NCBI GenBank assembly: GCA_964353175.1
Contig: CAYGUX010000005.1
Coordinates: forward strand, 84,373 to 148,372
Direction of reading: 5' to 3'
Length of the DNA: 64,000 nucleotides
Source of the DNA: an uncultured Bdellovibrionales bacterium
Lineage (GTDB): Bacteria; Bdellovibrionota_C; UBA2361; SZUA-149; DAOLCO01
Made by a program: the position numbers and the translations under genes
The notes under the pieces: model-generated
Databases searched by the model: none
Seen by the model: only the letters and a program-made list of their open reading frames with translations
What the model was told of the DNA's origin: nothing
Shown here: piece after piece, positions 51,678 to 62,682 of the stretch
Numbering within the stretch: position 1 is the first letter of the stretch
Layout: each line of letters starts with the position of its first letter

Positions 51678-53342
51678 ATGATTAAATATAAGATACATAG
51701 TTCACTTGTTTTAGCATTAATTTGTATAAGCCTACTCTCTTCTTGTTCTTTTATGGATAGCAATGAGTCGGTAAATACAGTTGAAGATGCGGAAGATAGT
51801 AGTGATCCTGATACTACGGAAACAGATTTAGAAAGCTCAGAAGATACCGAGGAAGATTATACTGAAATAGAGTTAATTTCCGAAGCTCAAAGATCATATG
51901 ACGCTGGCCGATACATGATCGCAAAAAATTTCTTCGATAAAATTGTGCAAAACTATCCTGGTAGCCCCTTATCCCTTACAGCGGAATTAAAGATTGCTGA
52001 TTGCCTATTCTTAGCTGATAGGTTTGTAGATGCTATTCCATACTATCGGGATTTTGCAAAAATCCACTCTAAACACGAAGCCAGACCCTACGCCTTATTT
52101 AAAATTGGAGAATCCTTTCAGAATACATATCAGGGTACTAATCAAGATTTAACGCCTTTAAAGGAAGCAATCAAGGCCTACCTATTTGTAATCAATGAGT
52201 ATCCTAAAGGGAAATATGCATCCCAAGCAGCATCAAATATTAGGCTAGCGGAAGAAGACTTATTTAAATCCGAGCTATCAGTGATTGATTTTTATGTAAG
52301 AACTGGCGATAAAAAATCTGCCGATAAAAGAATTTTAGATTTAGGGCATCAATATGGGCATCTTGATATATATAAAGAATATTCAAAAGACCAAGAATTA
52401 ATCAGAGAACAAGCATTTAAACAAGAGGTCATAGCTCAGGAAGAGACACTTACCGATGGTTCAATAGAGTCAATAGAGATTGAAGAGAGCGACAATAATA
52501 AAGTGGAAAAACCACTAGAAACTACATCTTATTCCGTCGATACTACTACTTTTAGAAGTGATAGTAATGATATTAAAGAGGACTTAAATCGAACTGAAGA
52601 AAAGGCTTTAGAACTTGCATTGCAGGCTGTTCCCTCCCCCATACCATCTGCCACACAACCACAAGCTATAGTGAGAGAAACACAAATTCTTCAGACTACA
52701 GCTGAACCATTAGCTTCTCCAACAAATGAACCAAAAGAAATCGGAATTGCTAACCCTCAAAATAAAACTTTAGCAGATTTAGATCCCATTACTTCAACCA
52801 AAGAGACAGGGATGGATGTTATAAAGACTGAGAATCTGAATGTAGCGGTAGATAAAGGAAACCTTCCCAATATCGGAAGTGAGTCACAGGTATTAATGGA
52901 CAGTCCAAACAGACTATCCGAGGACTCTGATGAGATCGGCTTAGAGCAACTCAAAGGTTCATTCCTACATACTTTTAATTGCGAACAGGAAGATGGAATT
53001 ATAAAAGTTTTTATGAACTTCGGAGCAAAACCATTTCTAAAGTCTTCAAGAAAAGACACAAGTAATGGCAGTTTAAATACTATCGTCTTCCAAGAAGGTT
53101 TCTCAACCAATCCACTACCACCCGATACGAATAGTGATGAATGGATTAAACGGCCATTAAAAGTATGCATGCAAATTGGAGATCAATCTGTACTAATAGA
53201 GGAAAGAATTAAATCAAAGTTAGGATCCTCTCAATTTGGTCCTAATTCCTATGTTTTTGTCTACATCCGTTCAAAAAGTATAGAGAAAATTTCAATAGTA
53301 AATGGGTCTAGTCCAGAGACTTTGGCTATTATTGCTCAATAA
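51678..53342 (+). CDS. bamD: BamD (YfiO)-like TPR lipoprotein with a long low-complexity C-terminal extension
   Basis: Lipobox LSSCSF. The N-terminal ~230 aa has BamD-like TPRs (AKNFFDKIVQNYPGSPLSLTAELKIADCLF...YYRDF...YPKGKYASQA). ~300 additional residues follow, rich in T/S/E/P. Confidence 0.5.
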   Translation: MIKYKIHSSLVLALICISLLSSCSFMDSNESVNTVEDAEDSSDPDTTETDLESSEDTEEDYTEIELISEAQRSYDAGRYMIAKNFFDKIVQNYPGSPLSLTAELKIADCLFLADRFVDAIPYYRDFAKIHSKHEARPYALFKIGESFQNTYQGTNQDLTPLKEAIKAYLFVINEYPKGKYASQAASNIRLAEEDLFKSELSVIDFYVRTGDKKSADKRILDLGHQYGHLDIYKEYSKDQELIREQAFKQEVIAQEETLTDGSIESIEIEESDNNKVEKPLETTSYSVDTTTFRSDSNDIKEDLNRTEEKALELALQAVPSPIPSATQPQAIVRETQILQTTAEPLASPTNEPKEIGIANPQNKTLADLDPITSTKETGMDVIKTENLNVAVDKGNLPNIGSESQVLMDSPNRLSEDSDEIGLEQLKGSFLHTFNCEQEDGIIKVFMNFGAKPFLKSSRKDTSNGSLNTIVFQEGFSTNPLPPDTNSDEWIKRPLKVCMQIGDQSVLIEERIKSKLGSSQFGPNSYVFVYIRSKSIEKISIVNGSSPETLAIIAQ

Positions 53343-53419
53343 TTATCCCAATAAATTACAGGAGTTTATCAGTTTTTCCGCTTATATATTTGCGTTTTGC
53401 TTCCTAACTCTGTTAGAAA

Positions 53420-53461
53420 GACTTCGATTTTAGGCATGTATTTATGCTTAAAATCGAAGTC
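53420..53461. repeat. Strong hairpin (13-bp perfect arms GACTTCGATTTTA / TAAAATCGAAGTC, extendable to ~18 bp with one mismatch) in the bamD-like / Rrf2 intergenic region
   Basis: Read directly. It sits ~78 bp after the bamD-like stop and ~280 bp before the Rrf2 start, and no T-tract follows. Confidence 0.5.
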
Positions 53462-53742
53462 TAAGAATTACTTACATTGTTATAGGCAATATAAGTAATT
53501 TGGAGGTGTTTTTTAAGTCAGTTGCTTGTATTAGTCGGTTGATTTAGTGAACATACTAAAATGAGGAATGTTATCTGTTTTTAGTTTAAATTGCCTTAAG
53601 ATTTAATCATTCGAAAGATTGATTAATCTTGAATAGCTTTATAAATGAGAGATAGAAGTAACAGTAATCAAATGAGTTTTTTAGCAATAGTAAGATTAAA
53701 CTGATTAAAAGTCAGGAATTAAAATAATAGAGGAACAAACAT

Positions 53743-54198
53743 ATGGCGGTTAAGCTCTCGAGAGAAGAACAATATGGAATTATGGCATTGGTCGATTTAG
53801 CTTACAACCTAAATGGTGGCCCAGCTCAAGTTAGGCAAATTGCAAAAAGACAAAAAATCCCACAAAGATTTCTTGAGCAAATATTTGCTAAGCTTAGACA
53901 AGCGGATGTTGTAGTTGGTAAAAGAGGTCCAAGAGGCGGTTATTCATTGGCTAAGGAGCCTAAGGATATCAGACTTGAAGAAGTGATGAGAGCTTTAAGA
54001 CCAAGACTACAAGAAGATCAAAGAACTGATACACCAGCTTTGGCTGAGTTGATCGACACAGTTTGGTCTGAAATCGAAGGTTCTTTTCAATCTACTCTAA
54101 GAGGTGTTTCTTTACAAAACCTTTGTGATAGAGCGAAAGATCTAGGTATCTCAGATGTAACTGAGATCGCAACAATGACTGGAAGAATTGATCAATAA
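53743..54198 (+). CDS. Rrf2-family transcriptional regulator (no Cys triad, so not an Fe-S cluster type)
   Basis: N-terminal wHTH with the Rrf2 signature: LSREEQYGIMALVDLA...VVVGKRGPRGGYSLAKEP. Confidence 0.8.
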   Translation: MAVKLSREEQYGIMALVDLAYNLNGGPAQVRQIAKRQKIPQRFLEQIFAKLRQADVVVGKRGPRGGYSLAKEPKDIRLEEVMRALRPRLQEDQRTDTPALAELIDTVWSEIEGSFQSTLRGVSLQNLCDRAKDLGISDVTEIATMTGRIDQ

Positions 54199-54259
54199 AT
54201 TTTCTAAGTCAATCTTGTGATGCTATAAAAGGGTCTCTACTAGAGACCCTTTTATATTT

Positions 54260-55156
54260 ATGAAAGAACAAACAAAAATATGTATAGTTGGTCTTGGAGG
54301 TTTAGGTATCCCGGCCCTTATAAGACTACTAAATCAACCTACTTCACTAGCTTTCACTATTTTTGAGGATGATGATGTAGAACTCTCCAATCTACCTCGT
54401 CAAGTCCTTTTTCAAAAAGAAGACCTCACTAAACCCAAGCTGGATGCATTGGCACTAGCCCTAAAAAGAGAAACTGAACTATTCTCTAATCAGTCTCATC
54501 AAGTCATATATCGTAAATATAAACTAACTCAAGATAATTTAGCTGAACTAGATCCTTTTGATGCTATTCTAGATTGTACCGATGATCCGATACTGAAATA
54601 TGCAATCAGTGATTATTGTAAAATTAAGCAAAAATATTTAGTCCATGCTGGAGCGCAAGGTCAGAGTGGATTTACGATGTTAGTAAGTCCTGATGGTCCT
54701 TGCCTAAGATGCGTATTTGGCGAACCAGACACGCATCAGCTAGCAGAGTACTGCAATTCATGCCGAGTTAGTGGGATTTTAGGCGCATATTCTGGTTTAA
54801 CAGGGGCCTATCAGGCTGAATTAGCACTGCAAGTAATTGATGGTGTGACTAGCCCGTCCGCATTCAGGATCAATACTAGCGGCACGAAATCATTATGTTT
54901 TGAAATAGATGAAGATTGCATATTGTGCGCTAAACACAAGGAGCTAGACCTACGAACGATTAATTGCCCCGAAACTTTTGTCTATACAAAGTTAGCACTT
55001 TTAAAGAGAAGTAATTCAACAGAAAAATTACTAGTAAATTTTAAGCAAGAAGAGGATTTATTGAGCGTAAAACAATCGATTTTAGAAGAAGGTTTTACCG
55101 TTTTATCTACAGTTAGTTGCGATGCATCGGGAACCTATAAACTACTAGTTCAGTAA
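54260..55156 (+). CDS. ThiF/MoeB/HesA-family E1-like adenylyltransferase with CxxC pairs and a ~75-aa C-terminal extension
   Basis: Nucleotide-binding motif ICIVGLGGLGIPAL, LSNLPRQ, Zn motifs CLRC...CNSC, and a further CILC. The C-terminal extension does not match canonical MoeB or ThiF. Confidence 0.65.
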   Translation: MKEQTKICIVGLGGLGIPALIRLLNQPTSLAFTIFEDDDVELSNLPRQVLFQKEDLTKPKLDALALALKRETELFSNQSHQVIYRKYKLTQDNLAELDPFDAILDCTDDPILKYAISDYCKIKQKYLVHAGAQGQSGFTMLVSPDGPCLRCVFGEPDTHQLAEYCNSCRVSGILGAYSGLTGAYQAELALQVIDGVTSPSAFRINTSGTKSLCFEIDEDCILCAKHKELDLRTINCPETFVYTKLALLKRSNSTEKLLVNFKQEEDLLSVKQSILEEGFTVLSTVSCDASGTYKLLVQ

Positions 55157-55160
55157 CCTT

Positions 55161-55568
55161 ATGGAAGATACATCTGAAACAGTAATACAGTATTCTAAAC
55201 ACTACCTAGTAAGTGGGTGGGGCCTTAAACAACAAGAAAAAGTCAAAGATATATATATTGACTGCCCACCAGATTGGTTTCTATTTAATCGCTATCTTGT
55301 GTCTATGGGTAAAGATAGTCCATTGGACCCAGATGTAGGAAGTCACCATATAAAATGTCTATTGAACCCGGAAACAACTATTATCGATGAATCAACCCAT
55401 GTTTTTACTGGTGAAATAAAAAATGAATTAGTGATTACCTTAAGTCAAAAACACACTAAAATTAAATCATGGAGCTTCAGTATTCCTAATACTTCAGTGA
55501 GTTCAGAGCTAATACAATTGTCATTTTTTCTAAGCTTAACTGACTCTATTATGTTGGAATTATTGTAA
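55161..55568 (+). CDS. Hypothetical protein, 135 aa, 4 nt after the E1-like gene
   Basis: No recognisable motif. Its tight spacing suggests co-transcription with the ThiF-like gene. Confidence 0.3.
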   Translation: MEDTSETVIQYSKHYLVSGWGLKQQEKVKDIYIDCPPDWFLFNRYLVSMGKDSPLDPDVGSHHIKCLLNPETTIIDESTHVFTGEIKNELVITLSQKHTKIKSWSFSIPNTSVSSELIQLSFFLSLTDSIMLELL

Positions 55569-55621
55569 GCCACAAAATCTAATCTATCAAAAACTACAAA
55601 TTTAAGATAAAACTTGGGTAG

Positions 55622-56494
55622 ATGGTTACTAGATTAAAACAAATTCAATTACCAAATCTTTCTGAGAAGAAAGCAATTAAGGCAATGATCTCTACTTTAG
55701 GGAAGATTTTACTTATATTAGCAATTTACCTTGCCTATAAGTCTAGAATTAAGCTTGATCAATATAATTCAATTACTATCACTAAAGCTCATATTCCAAA
55801 TCTCCCTGATATTTCTGAAAATAGCGTCAGTATAAACGATAAGATTAGCCTGATAAAATCTAGAAATATTTTTGGTATCGTTGAGGATGAGATAAAGAAT
55901 GAACCTAAACAAGAAGTGAAAAAGATCTCTCCTTTGAAATTTCGTTTAGTAGGTACATTAATAACTCCAGGTATTCTACCGATGGCGATAGTAGAAGATC
56001 TACAAGCTAAAAAACAAGATACTTTTGAAGTAAACGAGAGTGTTTTTGAAAAAGCTACTCTCAAAGAGGTCTTCACTGATAAAGTAATTTTAGATAGAAA
56101 TGGTTCTTTAGAGACTCTAGAGCTAGAAGAGGGTCTATCAAACTCAGATGGGGAGTCTGGTATTCAAGCATCCAATGGAACATTTACTGTTCCCGAGGAA
56201 GAAGTTTCTGAAGCCCTAGCTAACTTACCTGTTTTACTATCGCAAGCAAGGGCGGTGCCCTATTTCAGGAACGGTCAAAGCATTGGGATGAGGTTATATG
56301 CCATCAAAGCAGGAAGCCTATATGAGAAATTAGGCTTAAAGAATTCAGACATAATTAAAGACATAAATGGCAGCCAAGTAAGCGATCCAACTAAAGCTTT
56401 AAAACTTTTTGAAGATTTAAAATCTCAAAGACAAATTGGTGTTCAAGTTGAAAGAGAAGGTAAGGACGTACAACTACAATACCAAATTAGATAA
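55622..56494 (+). CDS. gspC: Type II secretion system protein C-like (TM anchor plus C-terminal PDZ-like domain)
   Basis: N-terminal TM helix. The C-terminal GMRLYAIKAGSLYEKLGLKNSDIIKDINGSQV is PDZ-like. Positioned immediately before gspD. Confidence 0.55.
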   Translation: MVTRLKQIQLPNLSEKKAIKAMISTLGKILLILAIYLAYKSRIKLDQYNSITITKAHIPNLPDISENSVSINDKISLIKSRNIFGIVEDEIKNEPKQEVKKISPLKFRLVGTLITPGILPMAIVEDLQAKKQDTFEVNESVFEKATLKEVFTDKVILDRNGSLETLELEEGLSNSDGESGIQASNGTFTVPEEEVSEALANLPVLLSQARAVPYFRNGQSIGMRLYAIKAGSLYEKLGLKNSDIIKDINGSQVSDPTKALKLFEDLKSQRQIGVQVEREGKDVQLQYQIR

Positions 56495-56561
56495 TAAACA
56501 CTCTTTCCATACCTATTTACAGATAGTAGAAGTGGGACAAGATATTAATATATAAGAACTA

Positions 56562-59447
56562 ATGGTAAATAATAAATTTTCAATTCTTTGGCAGCATCTA
56601 TTTAGTCGTAAATGGTTGCAAAATCTCTGCTTTACCCTCTTTTTGATAATGGTTTCCTATATACATTCGAATGCAGATACTCAAAAGACCTTTCAAAACT
56701 TTAACGAGGATCAGGTGACTGATTTTTTTGAGAAAGAAGATTTTAGACCATTAAGTGAAGCAGAAGAAAGAGATGTTCCAAGTAGTACAACGACTACAAC
56801 AGCTCATAAAGTTGCGAATGTCAAAAAAGAATCTTTAGATTCTAAGGAGAAACAGCCTGAGCCAAGAGATTTAAGCCAATTAACTACTGTTCTAAATGTT
56901 ACAGATGCAGATATTGAGGCACTTGTTAAAACCTTTAGCAAGTTAACTGGGAGAAACTATATTGTTGATAGTTCGGTAAAAGGTAAGATTACTATTCATT
57001 TACCGACAGCCATTACTATTGAAGATGCTCTTAAGGTATTCGATTCTATCCTATTGCTTAAAGGTTTTGCGACCGTACCTGTCGGTGACAATATATGGAA
57101 GGTGATAAATGCTAAAGACGCTAAACAGACTACAATCCCTTCAGCATATTCTAAGAATACAACTTCCGAAAGTTTAGTAACTGAGATACTAAAAACAACT
57201 CATGTAAGTTCCGATGAGATTCAAAAACTTGTAGCCCAATTCATATCTAAAGATGGATTTTCTCAAGCTATATCAGGAACCAACTTAGTAATACTAGTGG
57301 ATACTACCGCCAACATAGACAGAATCAAAAGTTTACTAAATCAAATAGACATACCCCCTTTAGATCAGGATATAACGATAATAACCATCGAACATGCGGA
57401 GGCAAAGGATGTCTCAGAGAAAATCTCTAAAATACTAGGAGAGGACAGTGAAAAGGAAGGTGCGACCAATGATTTGCCGATTTCCAATAACTTTTTAAGG
57501 CGGCGTTTGAGCCAATTAAATAATGCTCAAAATGCACAGGCAAATGCCAACAATACATCGGGATCATCTATTCGGAGTACGCCAATGAAAATCATTCCAG
57601 ATGAAAGAACTAATTCTATTATAGTCGTTGCGGATGAATTTACAACGTTAAAAATAAGGGCTCTTGCAGAACAACTAGATAGTCAGACTGATAAGTCCGC
57701 TGGTAGATTTTATGTATATAGATTGGAGCATGCTGATGCAGAAGTGTTAGCACAAATTATCTCTGGATTAATCGGTGGTGGAGGGAGCTCCGGAAGTAGT
57801 ACAAGTGGTACACAAGGTAGTTCTTTTTCAAGAAATACTAGCAATTCTAGCTCTTCTAATTCGAGCCTTGGTGGGGCGAATAATAGTAACAGCAATAGTA
57901 CATTCGGTGGAAGCAATAGATCCTCTAGTCGCTCCAGGGCTAGCTCTAGCAGTGGCAGTGGAAATACAAATAATCCTTCATTTTTCTCTGATTCATCAAG
58001 AGTTACATTTGAGGATGAAATATCTGTAGCCGCAGACCCTTCTACAAACTCCTTAATTATAAACTCTAATAAATCTGACTACGAAAAACTTACCCAAGTA
58101 ATAATGATGCTTGATGTGAAGCGAAGACAAGTTTTAGTTGAAGCAACCATCCTAGAAGTCTCATTAACTGATGAAGTTGGAATAGGTGTTGAGCTTCAAG
58201 GTAGTCTAGGCTTAAATGACTCTGGTGTGATAAGTCAGACTAACTTTGGGAATATCTCCAATCTTTTAACTAACCCAAGTGCTCTGTCCGATCTAACTCT
58301 AGCGGCAGCGAGTGTTGGCACGCTCACGCTACCAGGAGGAGTTCAGATTCCTTCTCAAGCTGCTATTTTATCTGCAGTTAGTAGGCATTCAAATGTGAAT
58401 GTACTAAGTGCCCCTACTATTTTATCTACAGATAATGAAGAAGCTGAAATAATTGTCGGTGAGAACGTACCCTTTGTAAGTAGCACCGGCACGAATCAAA
58501 CAAATCTATCCAATACCTTTAACCAAATTCAACGGCAGGATGTAGGTATTACACTTAGAATTACCCCACAATTAGGTACAGGCGATTTCCTTTCCATGAA
58601 AATATTTGTGGAGATTTCTAATGTTGTTCAAGGTACTAGGAATGACCCTAATGGGCCTACTACCAGTATTAGAACTACGGATACACTTGTCGCAGTAAAA
58701 AATGGCCAGATGATAGTAACTGGAGGATTAATTCAAGATAGTATTAATGAATCAACAAGAGGAATACCCTTCTTAGAAGATATCCCAGTTCTTGGTGCCT
58801 TATTCCAGAGAAAAGATGACACTAAGAGAAGAACTAATCTTCTAATATTCTTAACTCCACAAATTATCCATGATCAATATGATGCTAGAGATTCTACCCT
58901 TCAAAAGCGAGACAATTTAAGAAGAGAGTTGGACGAAGATTCTACGACACCTGAGATACTGAGAAAATTAGATGACCCAGCGCTTGATAAGGTGTTTGAA
59001 ACAGGTGAGATAGAAGACCATAGGAGTAACCTACCAATATCTGAGGGACCGAAACCTGAAGTAGAAACTATTCAAATAGAAAACAAACCAATCATTAAGT
59101 CTAGTGAACAAAATGAATTTAACACTAGTGGTTTTACTTATTCAAAGAGCACTAAAAATGAAAAAACTGCTTCACTTCCACTCTCTATTAAAAAGTTTAT
59201 GGTTTTTAAATCATTAAGTGCCCCTTATAAAACTTCAGTTGTATATGTAGAATCAGAGGATGACTTATCCACTAAGTTTTTTACAGGTAGCAAGGCTAGT
59301 GTCATTGGCAGCAAGGCAGTTTGCCTTGGAGTATTTAGTTCCCTTGAGGAAGCAAGTAGTATCCATAAGGACTTACCACAACCTTTAGTTATCGTAGGGA
59401 AGAATTTTTTTGAGTTACAAAATCAAGGCTTAGTCTCCAATGAGTGA
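56562..59447 (+). CDS. gspD: Type II secretion system secretin GspD with a long S/G/N-rich low-complexity insert and an extended C-terminus
   Basis: Secretin domain blocks ([36 protein letters not shown]) and N0-N3-like repeats. 961 aa, including a ~90-aa Ser/Gly/Asn-rich linker ([12 protein letters not shown]...) and a ~190-aa tail. Confidence 0.9.
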   Translation: MVNNKFSILWQHLFSRKWLQNLCFTLFLIMVSYIHSNADTQKTFQNFNEDQVTDFFEKEDFRPLSEAEERDVPSSTTTTTAHKVANVKKESLDSKEKQPEPRDLSQLTTVLNVTDADIEALVKTFSKLTGRNYIVDSSVKGKITIHLPTAITIEDALKVFDSILLLKGFATVPVGDNIWKVINAKDAKQTTIPSAYSKNTTSESLVTEILKTTHVSSDEIQKLVAQFISKDGFSQAISGTNLVILVDTTANIDRIKSLLNQIDIPPLDQDITIITIEHAEAKDVSEKISKILGEDSEKEGATNDLPISNNFLRRRLSQLNNAQNAQANANNTSGSSIRSTPMKIIPDERTNSIIVVADEFTTLKIRALAEQLDSQTDKSAGRFYVYRLEHADAEVLAQIISGLIGGGGSSGSSTSGTQGSSFSRNTSNSSSSNSSLGGANNSNSNSTFGGSNRSSSRSRASSSSGSGNTNNPSFFSDSSRVTFEDEISVAADPSTNSLIINSNKSDYEKLTQVIMMLDVKRRQVLVEATILEVSLTDEVGIGVELQGSLGLNDSGVISQTNFGNISNLLTNPSALSDLTLAAASVGTLTLPGGVQIPSQAAILSAVSRHSNVNVLSAPTILSTDNEEAEIIVGENVPFVSSTGTNQTNLSNTFNQIQRQDVGITLRITPQLGTGDFLSMKIFVEISNVVQGTRNDPNGPTTSIRTTDTLVAVKNGQMIVTGGLIQDSINESTRGIPFLEDIPVLGALFQRKDDTKRRTNLLIFLTPQIIHDQYDARDSTLQKRDNLRRELDEDSTTPEILRKLDDPALDKVFETGEIEDHRSNLPISEGPKPEVETIQIENKPIIKSSEQNEFNTSGFTYSKSTKNEKTASLPLSIKKFMVFKSLSAPYKTSVVYVESEDDLSTKFFTGSKASVIGSKAVCLGVFSSLEEASSIHKDLPQPLVIVGKNFFELQNQGLVSNE

Positions 59448-60978
59448 GATAGTTCACCTACCTACAGATAAGCCGCCTACCAATCTTATCAAAGGAGACT
59501 TCTCTAAAATCATTGGTAGTTGGGCTAAGCAGTTTGGCGCTATACCAGTCTATGAAAAAGACGGAATAATCGTAGTTGCTACTCATAACTTAACTTCTAA
59601 AAGTGCACTAACTGCACTTCAAGCAAGTTATGGACTCCCTATTTTCCCGCTTAAAGTAGATGAAACTGAATTTCTAAGAATCTTAAATAGTTTTCGATCC
59701 AGTATAATGTCGGACAGAAATTATACTTTAGATACTACCGACAAGGAAGAAGATACAGATGATACCTTAGCTCAACTAAAAATTGATGTTACTGATGATG
59801 AAGATGATGATGCTCCAATTATCCGCTATGTAAACGCGTTAATTTTTAAAGCAGCGAATCTGCGAGCGAGCGATATTCACATAGAACCATTCGAACAGCA
59901 ATTGAAAGTCAGGTTTAGAATCGACGGTGTACTACAAGATGTAGCCACTGAGGACAGATATTTCCAAGCCGCAATTGGTTCAAGAATTAAGGTCATGGCT
60001 AACCTAAACATAGCAGAGAAACGTTTACCTCAAGACGGCCGTATTGGTTTAAAAATTGCTGGCCAAGATGTAGATATTCGTGTTTCCACAGTACCTACTA
60101 GATATGGCGAAAGAATTGTATTAAGACTACTGGACAAGTCTAAAGGTTCTTTATCACTGGAGAATATCGGATTTACTCCTGACATAAAAGTATCCATAGA
60201 GAAGTTAATTAAAAAAAGTTATGGTATATTCTTGGTAACAGGCCCCACCGGATCTGGAAAAACGACCACACTTTACGCATGTTTATCCGAGATACACTCT
60301 GTAGATAAAAATATTCTAACTATTGAAGACCCAATTGAGTATGAAGTCTCTGGCGTAGGACAGATGCAAGTAAATCCTAAGATTGATTTTACTTTTGCAA
60401 ATGGATTGAGGTCTATTTTACGGCAAGATCCAGATGTAATCATGGTCGGGGAAATTAGAGATTTAGAAACTGTTGAAATCGGCATTCAGGCGTCTCTGAC
60501 AGGACATTTGGTCTTTTCTACACTTCACACGAACGATGCCCCTGGTGCGATTACTAGGCTTTTAGACATGGGCGTAGAACCATTCTTAATATCCAGTAGT
60601 TTGTTGGGCATATTAGCACAGCGTTTAGTGCGAAGGTTATGCCCTACTTGCAAATCTGCGGATAATTTGACTGAAGTCGCGTGTTCAGAGCTAGGCCTAC
60701 CCCTAGATAAGGCTGGCACAGTGGTTTTTAAACATCATGCGGGAGGATGTGAAGCATGCCAAGGAACAGGATACTCTGGGCGAAGTGCGATACATGAATT
60801 ATTAGTCATAGATGATGTTGTGAGGCCCATGATTATGGAGCGAGCTAATGCAAGTACAATTAGATCTACAGCACTCGGCAATCGAAGTTTAAGAACAGAT
60901 GGTGCTGAGAAAGTATTACAGGGGATCACTTCAGTAGAAGAAGTTATGAGAGTTACCCAAGAAGATTCACAAGCATAA
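59440..60978 (+). CDS. gspE: Type II secretion system ATPase GspE
   Basis: Walker [11 protein letters not shown], Asp/His boxes, a tetracysteine motif CPTC...CEAC, and an N1E-like N-domain. 512 aa. Confidence 0.92.
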   Translation: MSEIVHLPTDKPPTNLIKGDFSKIIGSWAKQFGAIPVYEKDGIIVVATHNLTSKSALTALQASYGLPIFPLKVDETEFLRILNSFRSSIMSDRNYTLDTTDKEEDTDDTLAQLKIDVTDDEDDDAPIIRYVNALIFKAANLRASDIHIEPFEQQLKVRFRIDGVLQDVATEDRYFQAAIGSRIKVMANLNIAEKRLPQDGRIGLKIAGQDVDIRVSTVPTRYGERIVLRLLDKSKGSLSLENIGFTPDIKVSIEKLIKKSYGIFLVTGPTGSGKTTTLYACLSEIHSVDKNILTIEDPIEYEVSGVGQMQVNPKIDFTFANGLRSILRQDPDVIMVGEIRDLETVEIGIQASLTGHLVFSTLHTNDAPGAITRLLDMGVEPFLISSSLLGILAQRLVRRLCPTCKSADNLTEVACSELGLPLDKAGTVVFKHHAGGCEACQGTGYSGRSAIHELLVIDDVVRPMIMERANASTIRSTALGNRSLRTDGAEKVLQGITSVEEVMRVTQEDSQA

Positions 60979-60986
60979 GTTAGAAT

Positions 60987-62207
60987 ATGTCCCCTGTTTT
61001 CAAATATACTGGATTAAATAAAGAAAGTGCCCAAGTTAAAGGAAGTCTTGATGCTGATAGCGTTAAAGGTGCTCGCGACAAGTTAAAATCGACAGGAATT
61101 TATCCTATCGATATCAAAGAAGTTAAGACCACGAATAGAGTTGGTAATAAAGATGTTCAAATTAAGAAGAAAAAAATTCCAGTTCTTCAACTATCTGTTC
61201 TAACCAGACAATTAGCAACCTTACTCCACGCAGGGATGCCTCTAGTGGACTCGCTAAAAGCACTCAGTGAACAAATAGAGAACCCACAAGTACGTCAGAT
61301 CCTCACTGAGGTGAGAGAAAAAGTTTTAGAAGGAACAGCCCTAAATATTGCACTTGAGGGTGCTGGTGGGGCATTCCCTAACCTGTACATTAAAATGGTT
61401 AGAAGTGGTGAAGCTAGTGGTACATTGGATATGGTACTTCAGAGGCTTGCAGATATGCTTGAAAGCCAAGCAATATTAAACAGAAAGATTATATCAGCTA
61501 TTTCTTATCCAGTATTGATGTTGTTACTATGTTTTGGGGTCATAATTCTATTGTTAGCATACGTAGTTCCACAAATTAGCGTTATCTTTAAGGAACAAGG
61601 CAAACCCCTGCCACTAATCACTCAAATCATCATCGGGGGTAGTGATTTTATCCGAGGGTATTGGTGGTTAATGGCACTTGTTTTTGTTGGAATAGGTATT
61701 TTATTTAAACGGTACCATAGTACAAAGATTGGTAAATATAACTTAGATAAATACCGTCTTAAGATTCCTATCTTCGGTGACGTATTTTTAAAGTTGGCAA
61801 CATCAAGGCTCTCTACCAATCTTGGAACAATGCTTCAAAGTGGAATTGAACTCTTAACAGCTTTATCAATCTCAAAGAATATTGTTGGAAATACCTATCT
61901 TGAAGAAGCAATTGATGAGGCTTCAGAGGGAGTGGAACAAGGGAAATCGCTTGCCGCCCTACTTTCTCAATCCAATAGGTATCCAAGGATTTTAATACAT
62001 ATGATAGCAATAGGCGAGCAAACTGGTGCGCTAGATGATATGTTGATAAGAGTTGGTAAATCCATGGAATCGGAGATAGAAGCGGTAGTTGATGGTTTAA
62101 CTGCATTGTTGGAACCAATATTAATTATATTTCTAGCATTTATTGTTGGTGGTATTTTAGCAGCAGTAATGTTACCAATGTTAGAAGTAACAAGTATAGG
62201 AAGATAA
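60987..62207 (+). CDS. gspF: Type II secretion system inner-membrane platform protein GspF
   Basis: Two GspF repeats, three TM helices and a conserved LLxAG(M/V)PL block. 406 aa. Confidence 0.9.
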   Translation: MSPVFKYTGLNKESAQVKGSLDADSVKGARDKLKSTGIYPIDIKEVKTTNRVGNKDVQIKKKKIPVLQLSVLTRQLATLLHAGMPLVDSLKALSEQIENPQVRQILTEVREKVLEGTALNIALEGAGGAFPNLYIKMVRSGEASGTLDMVLQRLADMLESQAILNRKIISAISYPVLMLLLCFGVIILLLAYVVPQISVIFKEQGKPLPLITQIIIGGSDFIRGYWWLMALVFVGIGILFKRYHSTKIGKYNLDKYRLKIPIFGDVFLKLATSRLSTNLGTMLQSGIELLTALSISKNIVGNTYLEEAIDEASEGVEQGKSLAALLSQSNRYPRILIHMIAIGEQTGALDDMLIRVGKSMESEIEAVVDGLTALLEPILIIFLAFIVGGILAAVMLPMLEVTSIGR

Positions 62208-62212
62208 ATAGA

Positions 62213-62668
62213 ATGGAAAATATAGAAGTTGAAAATAGTATCGAAGAAGTTAAGTTTTTACAAAATGAAAAGGGACTTACCTTAGTCGAGTTACTTGTTG
62301 TTGTAACTTTAATTGGCTTAATTGCAGTAGTTGTAGCAAGTAACGTATTTTCAAAAGGTGAAGCTGCTAAAGCTGAACTAAACTTAACTAGAATGAATAG
62401 TCTTAAACAGGAAATTTCTAGATACAGGCTAACCTACAACTCCTATCCTACTGCGATACAGGATTTAATCAGAGCGAACTCACAAGTTAAAGCTACTGGC
62501 AGGCCATTTACTGCGATACTTAAAGAAGATGAATTAAAAGACATGTGGGGTAACCCCTATGAGTATAAACTTGAAAATAGTGGTAGAAGTTATGTTCTAA
62601 CATCTTTTGGTTCTGACGGAATTCAAGGTGGCGAAGGTGCTAATCAAGATGTATCTGTAAGGCCATAA
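62213..62668 (+). CDS. gspG: Type II secretion major pseudopilin GspG. The leader is longer than usual if the annotated ATG is used.
   Basis: Prepilin motif KGLTLVELLVVVTLIGLIA, the GspG core, and a C-terminal GSDG. 151 aa. Confidence 0.85.
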   Translation: MENIEVENSIEEVKFLQNEKGLTLVELLVVVTLIGLIAVVVASNVFSKGEAAKAELNLTRMNSLKQEISRYRLTYNSYPTAIQDLIRANSQVKATGRPFTAILKEDELKDMWGNPYEYKLENSGRSYVLTSFGSDGIQGGEGANQDVSVRP

Positions 62669-62682
62669 CTTAACTTTAAAAT

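Noticed and set aside
54260-55568. Considered calling the ThiF-like gene plus the 135-aa ORF a CBASS-type Cap2 (E1/E2) module or a defined ubiquitin-like conjugation system
   Set aside because: No cyclase, effector, E2 HPN-Cys motif or GG-tailed carrier is visible. The association is only positional, so it is kept as an open observation.
57710-58029. ORFs on both strands inside gspD
   Set aside because: They are artefacts of the low-complexity Ser/Gly/Asn-rich linker of the secretin gene.
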